Source of the DNA: Perkinsus olseni
Lineage: Eukaryota
Length of the DNA stretch: 20,000 bases
Direction of reading: 5' to 3'
Assembly: GCA_013115125.1 (NCBI GenBank)
Contig: JABANN010000113.1
Span: 49,874-69,873 of the forward strand
Part shown: in pieces, positions 9,979 to 18,747 of the stretch
Numbering within the stretch: the first letter of the stretch is position 1
How the letters are laid out: each line of letters begins with the position of its first letter
The notes under the pieces: model-generated
What the model saw: only the letters and a program-made list of their open reading frames with translations
What the model was told of the DNA's origin: nothing
Database searches by the model: none
Translations under genes and position numbers: made by a program

Positions 9979-11325
9979 CGACACGCGCTCGCCCAACTAC
10001 CTTCAAGGAATGGAGACAACAGTTGGCGCGACATCTCCTTCTGAATAGATGGAGACGATGCGCGACGCTGTTTCTACTCTTGAAACTTCATGGTGAGGTT
10101 CTGTAGAGGTTAAACGTGACTGCAGGAGAGTAAGAAGGAAAAGCTTGCTCATCGTCGCAAAAGAGAGCGGTGATAGTGGTGAAAGCTTCAGTATTCAAAA
10201 CGACGGAGAGAAAGATCCTCGCTGAAGGTCGATCTAGCTTCTCACTTGGAGAATCTTGATAACTCGAGATGAGTGTGGACGCGAAAAGAGATAGTGCGCA
10301 CACCCGGGGAATATGGGGATGGTGACAGATTCCTCTTTGCCTAGATTCAACAACACAAAAGAAGTAGTTGTGAGTCAATGATCAGAGGGCCAACATTCAA
10401 ATACAAGTAGTAGTGTCGTACTGACGAAAGAAGATACTCTGCTAGTACACAACACTTTGCACGCATGCGCAATTGTGACACTACTTATTGTAAGACGCTC
10501 TACACGAGCATCTGCTTAGTCGGAAAGTATATTTCTTGGCACACCACGGGATGTGACGAAAAGAAAGGTGCCCGTTGAAGTTGATTGGAGAACAGTCGAA
10601 CTTCTCACCACGCGGCACACCTAAGAAGGTCCATTACACTAGCGCCAGCGAGGCGTGTATACAATTTTCTCGTACAGCCATGAGGAATCCGGTGATCTAT
10701 CAATAGGGGCGATTTAACACTTGAAAGATACGTCGAATAGGAGCTGGTAGATGGTCTACCGTAGACCGATGGGCGAGACTGATCGTCCTTCTTCAGGAAG
10801 TTTCAAGCTCTAAACCGAACGAGGACAGAAGGACGGAGCAGATTTCTACCGGTGAGTACCGAATTGGAGACCCTCTGTGAGCATTTCATCTGAGCTTGCA
10901 AGGTGCCTCTAGAGCTGCTATGAAGTCGCAGCTCATCTATTCACTCCCATTTATGACCTGTGACGCTCAAGTTGGCGAATATAGACGTACCAGTTTGGTG
11001 GACGTTCGTGATCATAGTGTTACTCTAAGGATGGGACAGTCGGGCGGGGTGACAGTGACGATGTGGCTCAAGTGCAACTCAGTGACTAGTAGGCTGGGCT
11101 TGGTTCTTTTGCCTGTATACCGTGCTCTTAGCGGACGCCCTTGACTTTTCAATGAACGGAACCACCGGGACTCTGGGGGGAGTTGCGGAGTAGATAGGCC
11201 CCTTGAAGAAGAACTCAACACACACACAGTGCTGGGGGCCTAATATTAAATTAACTATATATTCATATTGGTATTTAAGGTATTATAATAAACTATATAT
11301 AATATAAATATAAAATTATATAACC

Positions 11326-11328
<3 letters not shown>

Positions 11329-11370
<42 letters not shown>
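11329..11370. repeat. (TA)21 microsatellite in an AT-rich island (about 11240-11470)
   Basis: Directly visible; flanked by inverted ACCATGTA/TACATGGT. Confidence 0.98.
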
Positions 11371-11375
<5 letters not shown>

Positions 11376-11839
11376 CATGGTCCTTTAATAATGTATTCTT
11401 ATTTATATATAGTGGTGTATTTATAGTCTATATGGTTAGCCTACCAGTATAAATCTACGTGAAGGTCTACAAGTATGAACTTTACTATCTACGTACAGTG
11501 TGGTGACCCCACTAGCGTGCTAGCATCAGGCTGAAGGGTGCTCCACACACAAATGGAGACAACTGCACAAAAAGAGACGCAACAGTTCTCACAGGGACGA
11601 ATGACGGGGCCCGGTAGCGAATAGTAATTGCTGTCAGCCTGTATTGGAGGAGCTGGTCGGAGGTGACTTTGATTATTGAATTGACCAAAAGGAGATTGGA
11701 CCTGCAAGAACTGAAGACTCTCCGTCGTCGGGGTATACCAAGGTTTCAGGTGGTGAACTTAGTCATGACGCGGATAACACGGAAAAGAGAGAGCATCTGC
11801 AATAACAAAAACACTACCAGCAATAGTTCATGTTGAATC

Positions 11840-12052
11840 TACAGGGTGTTCCAATTCGATATGCAAATCACTAAAATCAGTCTAATTCATGCCATATTGC
11901 GTGTTTGAAGCTGAAACTTGAGTATGATATGCCCTAATATATTTACGGCAAAGAGTATTAATATCAGCTAATCGATCGACCGTTTCGCTTACCCGTAGTG
12001 CACTAGCTTGGTGCTAGAAGATATCAGATTACTTTTGGGGAGACACACGGAG
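11840..12052 (+). mobile_element. Possible Tc1/mariner-type non-autonomous remnant
   Basis: Starts TA-CAGGGTGTTCC, a typical mariner-family terminus after a TA target; only a degenerate partner (TTTTGGGGAGACACACGGA) near 12033-12051. Confidence 0.3.
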
Positions 12053-12076
12053 ATCCACTTCAATTTGTTGCATCAC

Positions 12077-12290
12077 GCTACGCTCCGCTCCGCTCTCGAT
12101 TATGCGTGCAGAGTAGTCTGCCAGGACCCATCTCACAAGAACCCCCGGGACTTTTGTTGTGCATATAATAACGACATGGTTTTCTTGCACTAACGTAGAA
12201 GTCAATGCCAAAGGAAACTCGTGAGATGCAGCTTGAGATGTAGGCGGTACTTGAAGTATTTCGCACGCATAAACTCAGGCGGAGCGTAGC
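12077..12290. mobile_element. Imperfect foldback / MITE-like element, about 214 bp
   Basis: Nested inverted blocks: GCTACGCTCCGC/GCGGAGCGTAGC at the ends, TTATGCGTGC/GCACGCATAA, and CATCTCAC/GTGAGATG internally. Confidence 0.65.
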
Positions 12291-12395
12291 ACAATTTAGT
12301 CACCAGCAGCATTCGGCTTCGCCATCAGTTGCGCGTCATTACTCAGTTACAAGACCTGAGACGGTCCTTCTCGCCCGATATTCCAATTTTGATGC

Positions 12396-12660
12396 GGCAA
12401 CCTTCTCAAGGCTGGCTGTTACCGTGGACAAACGAGTAAACGCTTTGTGATACGCTAGTGACCCTCAGTGCTGATTTCGTTCGTGCTGAAAAGAGTGAGC
12501 TTCCCGTATTGTATGACTTGTCCTCAGCGGCGAGTGATACTGCATTGGCTATCGTATGCTGCCGGTAGTGACTCTCAGACGTTGACTGGTCATAGCGTGG
12601 AATTTCCTACACAAAGAAAGGTGAGCGGGAGACGTGGCATGCTTGCACGGTTTGTATCTA
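12396..12660 (-). repeat. Direct repeat B, copy 1; contains a putative exon starting at 12606
   Basis: Aligns over about 265 bp with 15263-15527; minus strand CTCAC-CTTTCTTTGTGTAG acceptor followed by one open frame EIPRYDQSTSESHYRQHTIANAVSLAAEDKSYNT. Confidence 0.9.
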
Positions 12661-13154
12661 CTCGGCGCCGTTACCTCACTTTCGGTCCCAAAGCGTGTGC
12701 ATGTTAATGAAAATTTTGGTTATGACGTGAAGTTCACATAATAACGAAAAATATCAGACTCCTTTATTTTCACATTGTGAACGACAGCGTACCGTGTCTC
12801 TCTTGGGGGAGCATATCACGGTTGTCTGAGAATCATGCAAATGTGGCAGACAGTTTTTGCACCCCCTTCTGGGTGAGGGGCTCGTCTGCTCTGTAAACAG
12901 TGTAGCGGTTAATAGTGTGCCCATTGAGAAAGCCACCATGCTCGAAATTGGACGTATAATATGTCACATATTCATGACCTTACTGTTTCGAGTGAATATT
13001 ATCTGGTCTCGAACTCATAGTTACAAAGTACTACTTTGATATTAATGCTGTGAAAGTAGTAACTATCAGCGGCATCTACCGCTAGAGAGACAACGCCCCT
13101 GATAAAGGGCTACACGACACCCCCAATATTAAGGAATCGCGAGGCATCAAGATA

Positions 13155-14945
13155 CTACAACCGCGTTACACTTACAAGACATCTCTGCACTATTTGTACT
13201 ATCATCAGGTGCATCTGCACCTCAGATATCGCCAATGAGGTAAGAGTAGCAAAAATGGGTTCGATTACTCGGGTTTGAAGGAAAAACGTGTAGCTTCTAG
13301 AATGTGATGAGTTCAGTGATGAAACCTCAACGGGTTTAGCACAGTACAACACGCGATCGTGATTGGTGGTATAGTTGCACCAAGACGCTGACAAGATTTC
13401 CTTATCAGCTATCGCGATCGGCATGGGTCCATCTGGCGTGCTGTTTTGACGCTTCCGCTGGGGAAGGAGCCTTTCAGTGGTATCTGGATGGCGCGTTGGA
13501 CAGTCAGCGACATCTGGAGCCGGCCGAAACTCACACTAACGTAAGCGAGTCTTGGCTCGAAAGGAAGCTATCGCCTTCAGCTGAACCCGCGGCGTGGAAA
13601 TGATAGAACATACCAGATTTTGGAGGTTTCTTATGTTACTATTACAATCCAGGTCGTGCAACTCTGTGTACGGCACCAGAAATGAACTTGGATAAAGTGG
13701 TTGGTCCCTCGTCTTAGTAAATTTTCTGAGACGTTCATTTTTTAGCGCTCTCGAGGATTCGCTGGTTTCTATTATACATTCCTCATTGCTGGCATGTTGT
13801 CAGAGGTTACTGTATCATATATCTCCTGGCGAGAAATATATTCCCTGTGGGAATTTCCCACCTCTGGCGAGGCCATCCCCTGGCCAGATCGGAACTTCAA
13901 CGCGTAGGTTATTACGACCCTGGTGCAGTCTGTCTTCTCACGACGAGATGCAAGTGCGGCGGCCGTGGGGGAGGTTGCGGATCTGAGGATTTTACCCAGG
14001 ATACTGAGCGTCTCAGAGGTCGCCAATGAGGTAAAACTGGTTCAGCTTGCCGACTGGTCAAAGTCAAATAGCACGCCGTGAATCCTGGGACAGTCATCAC
14101 AGCCAGTCATGGGACTCATAGTTGACAGAAGTCGATGCAATCGGCTGTCTCTGTGTTCCTCAGGCATGGAAGGGAAGGCCGGGCTCGATCATGGCATGAA
14201 CTGTGCTGTACGAACAACTTTATGTGACGACAGTGCGGCTGCGTTCTCTTCAATTCGCGGGACATAAGACGTGTTGAATTTTCATTGTTGGACGGAGCTT
14301 TCGGGACGGTCCTTCAGGAGCGTAATTCGTCAGATCTGCAGCAGATCTCCAACCGAGCTCAGCTCGGCGAGCTGGGTTCCGGGGTTGTGCTGGCTGATTG
14401 ATCGAGATGGGTTCCTTCAGGGCATTGACCAGCTCAGAGCTGGCAGCTCTGATGTCACCACCCAACCGTTGATATCAGGAGGGAGCCCTCCGTGGAGATT
14501 CTCGCTCGAGGCTGTTCACGTCGTGAACAGCTTCGAACATGTCGCGATTCGCGACATCGTGAAGGCAATCGTGAAGGACATCGACGAGGCAATCGTGAAG
14601 TTCGCGACTCGCGAAGGGGTAACTCATCATCAGGGGTAATCATCGCTGATTGCAGCGATGATAGACTATCATCGCTGCGATCACCTCTACAGACTACCAT
14701 TGATAGTCCAACAGCTGAGTAGTACTGAACAGGGTGGCGGCTGTTGCGTAGCGTCTAAACGTCACTATGTTGTCGCTTTGGTGCAGATTTGGGAGAGATC
14801 CCGTTGCCGAGCACGCGTGTGATCAGCGTAGTCCGCTATGGCCACGCGTGTAGGCGGGACGATCCTCAGCGACGCTGACGATCGCCCCGCTCACATGATT
14901 TTCGAGGTTACAATCCTTTTGTGCCAAGTCTTGTGGTGACTCAAC
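13155..14945 (-). pseudogene. Frameshifted coding-like region, low-complexity S/R/P-rich product, family unknown
   Basis: Minus-strand open frames tile most of the interval (14945-14697 with one stop, 14700-14455, 14465-14250, 14100-13912, 14026-13772, and about 215 codons 13799-13155 with one stop). Confidence 0.35.
14555..14602 (+). repeat. 12-bp minisatellite, 4 units
   Basis: CATCGTGAAGGC AATCGTGAAGGA CATCGACGAGGC AATCGTGAAGTT. Confidence 0.85.
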
Positions 14946-14962
14946 AACGCAGAAAGTAAAAA
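14827..14962 (-). repeat. Direct repeat C, copy 1
   Basis: Aligns with 16490-16619; first about 55 bp differ by a single base. Confidence 0.92.
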
Positions 14963-15262
14963 GTTTTTACTGTATCTTCCGTAGCCACGGCGGAGTGCTT
15001 CGAGGTGCAAACAGGAAAGCAGCGGCTGCAGCGCGCCCAGTGATTGTGTGGACTCTGCTCTCCGGTATTCTGCTTCTAACGAGATTAGACGAGTTGTGCG
15101 GTCCGGATGATGGCATGAGAGCGATTGCGTTACGCAATTTGCGTAGCATTATGCCTGCCCTGTAGATCGCTTGTCTGCGATAATTATTTTTTTCTCTTAC
15201 TTTCTTCTAGGAGTGGGAGCGCAGTTTGATCGGCCGGTGGCGCTGAGTAGGTTCAGCAGGTA

Positions 15263-15527
15263 GGCAACCTTCTCAAGGCTCGCTGTCACCGTGGACAGAC
15301 GAGTAAGCACTTACGATATGCTAATGACTCTCTTTTTTGACTTCCTCGTTCCCCTGAAACGAGTGGGCTTTCCGTATTGTCTGACTTGTCCTCAGCGGCG
15401 AGTGATACTGCATTGGCTATCGTATGCTGCCGGTAGTGACTCTCAGACGTTGACTGGTCATAGCGTGGAATTCCCCAAACAAAAAGAGCAGAGCGGGAAA
15501 GATGGAATACTTTGACGTTTGTGTCTA
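15263..15527 (-). repeat. Direct repeat B, copy 2
   Basis: 91-bp core 15382-15472 identical to 12514-12604, flanks diverged; the acceptor AG of copy 1 is absent here. Confidence 0.9.
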
Positions 15528-15528
15528 A

Positions 15529-15600
15529 TAGAGCAGATAGGAAGTGGAGTAGTTGAGAGAATTTATTGATAATGCGAAGCTAGTATAAGCACAGCTCCAT
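15529..15600 (+). repeat. Dispersed repeat family A, copy 3
   Basis: 66/69 identity to 6628-6696; similarity stops at the MITE insertion point. Confidence 0.9.
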
Positions 15601-15601
15601 T

Positions 15602-16068
15602 GGAGTTTTACCTGTTTAACACGTAAAACAGTTTTACGCGAAGTGTTTTACGCGAAAAACGCGATGTGTTGTGTAGTCATATCACTTCGCGTGATAACGC
15701 TGGTGTGAAACGCAATAACGCGTTTAACACCAAAGTCAAAACGCGTTATAACACGTAGTACGCGTAATGGCGTTTTTCACTACACGTGTAAAAACGAGGC
15801 AATTTTAACGCGTTATAACATTATCCCTGTCGGTCTCATATTCGTAGACAAGACGGTCGGCCGCCAAGGGCGGTCTGTGCCTGTCGTATTCTTGTAAACC
15901 TTGACTTTCTTTATGGCCAGCTTGAGTTGATGGTCAGGGAGAATGTCTGTCGTCGCAATGGCGAGTTTTTGCTGGGAAAAAATTGAAAGTCTCGGGCATA
16001 ACACCAGGGGCGTTATGATCACGTTATGCGTTAAACACTAGCGTTTTACATAACGGGGGTGAAACTCC
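15602..16068. mobile_element. Non-autonomous TIR element (MITE), 467 bp, candidate ATT target duplication
   Basis: TIRs GGAGTTTTACC / GGTGAAACTCC (10/11 match); ATT at 15599-15601 and 16069-16071; subterminal regions dense in AACGCG/ACGCGT/AACAC motifs. Confidence 0.75.
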
Positions 16069-16097
16069 ATTGTTTCTTCCAGCACGTAGTGCTTTTC

Positions 16098-16270
16098 AAA
16101 ACAGTTTTACGCGAAGTGTTTTTCGCGAAAAACGCGATATGTTTTGTTGAGATAGCACTTCGCGTCATAACCCACGCGCGAAACGCAATATCGCGAAGAG
16201 CTCTAACGTGATAACGCGTCATAACGTGTTTATCGCGTTATTCGTTGTGTTAAACGCGTAAAACACAACA
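16098..16270 (+). mobile_element. Truncated second copy of the MITE left arm
   Basis: 16098-16195 is colinear with 15625-15722; ACGCG-rich sequence continues to about 16270; no TIR seen. Confidence 0.75.
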
Positions 16271-16489
16271 CAACGCCAGAGTCACTTTCCATCACGAGAC
16301 TTAACTCTGTTGGTCGAACCAACAGAGAAGAGAATAAGCCCCCCAGGATGGTTTGCGCTCGTAGAATTTCAGTACTTGAAATATCAGTTAATTATCAACT
16401 TCGATTTCCTTTATAATCAGCAAACTGGTATTGAACCTGCCGCTTAGTTTCTATCTAAATTTCTTGCTGTGCTGTTAATTGCTTTTTGC

Positions 16490-16619
16490 CGTAGTCCGCT
16501 ATGGCAACGCGTGTAGGCGGGACGATCCTCAGCGACGCTGACGAAGACGCCCAAATTCTTGAGGCTCCAATCCCCTTCTGCCAAGTCTTGTGGTGGTTCA
16601 CCTACGCAGAAAGTAAAAA
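16490..16619 (-). repeat. Direct repeat C, copy 2; putative exon starting at 16601
   Basis: Minus strand TTTTTACTTTCTGCGTAG acceptor, then EPPQDLAEGDWSLKNLGVFVSVAEDRPAYT. Confidence 0.9.
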
Positions 16620-17084
16620 CTACGGAAGATACAGTTCGATAGGGCAAAAGTGGATGTTCGCATCCAGGGATTTCGAATGAACGCGTAAGAAATAGGCGTC
16701 ACCTTTCAGTGACACGATGTCACGGCGCTGTTTTCCCCCTGTGTTTCTACGGAGTCATTGCAATGGGGGACACACTATGAATGATTGTAAGCTTCTGGTT
16801 ATCAGAATAAGTTTATCGTACGTGTGATGCCACTTGATATCATTGGAATATGAGTAGGAGAAAGGTTTGCGAACCGTTTCCTGCCCACCCGATCCCGAGG
16901 CAGAAAGAATGAGTCATGGCTAAGCTATATGCTTTCCTTAGCCGATGGTGTGAAGCCCGCTCCACTCTCACATAGTAGGCTCACCATTCAGCTATTGATT
17001 GCTTATCGAGTACGCTATTCTGCGCCCTACATGTCTGTAGACTACAGAGCAAGTTGCCCAGAGAAACTCTCTTAATAGTTTTCG

Positions 17085-18450
17085 CTTGCGTGTAGCATGG
17101 CTGGAAATCCAACAGCCGATGCGCATTGCCACCCTAGACTAGTGAGCTCGAGGAGCTCTGAACTGCAGGGTTTCTGAGGACGCTGGAGCTGAGCGCAGGC
17201 GCCTCTCTGCGAGGCCACTCTATACTTTGAGGGCTCCGTTGGGAAAAACGACCTATCCGATATCTAGTCAGGCTTGTCATCGTCAATAATATGAAAATTG
17301 CTGAATATTATCGCAAGTTATTCCTGGACTGAATGCCTTCTTGAATCCTAGCCAAATCCTCTGCATCCGTGACGCTCAGCGGAGCTTCATACTATGAATC
17401 GTAGTCTACGATGGTATGGTAACCTGCTTGGTGGGCCAGCATTCTCGAAACCTCTCAAACGATAGTCCACCACTGCCACTACGTAGGTCGCCGCTACCGG
17501 CTTCTGAGTAAGCTCAGGAAAGACCACAATCGCGTTGCGCAAACATTCAGTTCAAACACAGATTTTTCCCGAGACGTCTACAGTGGCATCATGGCATGAT
17601 GATCATGCCACTGGCATGAGCGTCGAACTCGCAATGAGGGTGTGTCCACTTTGGCCAAAGGGTTCATGCAGGCTTCGCGACGCTCAGTCTGCTTCGACTC
17701 TGTAGGGGAGAGGTGATGCAATTTGTCGCAAGAATCAGATTAAAAGAGATGAGATTCTTGATTTTTGTGACGTAATCCATACGTCACAGGTTTTTACCGA
17801 ACCTCTTTCTTAGTTCAAAGCGAACCTGGGTCGAGTAACCTTTTTGTTGGGGATCAGTTTTAGGATCACCAGGTCGAAGCATCAGAACTGCAGCAGTTCA
17901 ACTGCTTGTCAAAGCAGTTCTAGCATATCTCGATCACCCGATCACGGGATATTTGATCACGCGTATCAAGCAGTGCTTGATACGCATCACCCGAAACGGA
18001 TAGGCGCAAAAGCAAAGCTCGATCATGATAGTTGAGATTGAAATCATCTGGTCCTGCAACCACGCCGAGCTTGTCTAGCCATTTTTCAACATTTCATGCT
18101 CGAGTATCAGAGAACTTGAGGACGTTCTCACGAAGCTCTCACAGCCTTTGACTTTGTTTTCGATCAAATCTGGAAGCCGCGTCCGGCTCTCCGTCAGGAT
18201 TTGGTGGACTCTTGGGAATCGGGTTGACATCCCGACTTTCTCCTCTCGAGTTGCCTTCTTCGAGAAGGCTCGGAAGGCCGGATTAATATCTTCCAACTCT
18301 CCGTCAGGAAGACCAGCTTCAGAGCTCACTGGCTCAGAGCCAGTGGCTCTGAAGGTTCTTCGATACCATTCATTCGGATGATATCGGAAAGAGTCATATT
18401 CAGACGATCGACTGGAGTCTGGGCACCAGTTGAACGCGACGCAGACTGAG
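17085..18450 (-). mobile_element. gag: Decayed Ty3/gypsy-like gag
   Basis: Capsid-like motifs in the expected order across stops and frameshifts: VLKFSDTRA*NVEKWLDKL, LLRLSVSGDAYQAL, ELRKRFG, DYVTKIKNL, PLSVTDAEDLARIQE, then a possible broken Cx2Cx4H knuckle near 17085-17127. No pol recognised. Confidence 0.5.
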
Positions 18451-18598
18451 AATTACTGGAGGAGAAAAATTGTTACGAAAACTCAAGAAACTACAAGTGT
18501 GATGATTAATGAGTAAGTGAGTAATGATGAAACAGTTTCTAGCGAAACGCTAGAAGACGAAACGCTTTGTGCACGCGTGCTGGAAAAAGTATAAGTGT

Positions 18599-18612
18599 CA
18601 CGCTTGGCGCCA
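18599..18612 (-). promoter_or_regulatory. Primer-binding-site-like sequence (tRNA-Lys type)
   Basis: TGGCGCCAAGCGTG vs the tRNA-Lys PBS TGGCGCCCAACGTG (12/14), about 150 bp upstream of the gag-like region on the same strand; no clean LTR CA end next to it. Confidence 0.4.
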
Positions 18613-18630
18613 CGGAACAACTGTCCCAAT

Positions 18631-18747
18631 CACTGCCGGCCCGGCAGTGCCGGGACTGACTCCGGATGCCGGGCTGGAACCTATTCAATAGGTTCCATAA
18701 CACATAATAGGTTGCCAATAGGTCCTATTGGCAACCTATTATGTGTT
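18631..18747. repeat. Cluster of three perfect palindromes (9, 11 and 24 bp arms)
   Basis: CACTGCCGG-C-CCGGCAGTG; TGGAACCTATT-C-AATAGGTTCCA; AACACATAATAGGTTGCCAATAGG-T-CCTATTGGCAACCTATTATGTGTT. Confidence 0.97.

Noticed and set aside
10017-10035. LTR end plus PBS (CAACAGTTGGCGCG)
   Set aside because: Only 6 nt of PBS match and no gag-like frame downstream.
10896-11144. Retroviral-type aspartic protease (PFMTCDAQVGEYRRTSLVD)
   Set aside because: Catalytic D-T/S-G is missing and no RT follows.
13251-13275. Additional B-box GGGTTCGATT
   Set aside because: No T stem or tRNA-like context.
15360-15400. Hammerhead ribozyme-like CTGAGGA...GAAA on the minus strand of repeat B
   Set aside because: Stem II does not pair and the GAAA is not conserved in the other copy (GGAA).
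15602-16270. CRISPR-like array suggested by recurring ACGCG motifs
   Set aside because: No constant repeat with regular unique spacers and no cas-like ORFs; explained as MITE subterminal motifs.
18370-18415. ALY/REF UAP56-binding-like motif VDRLNMTLSDIIRMN on the minus strand
   Set aside because: Short match only, no RRM follows, and it lies within the gag-like relic.
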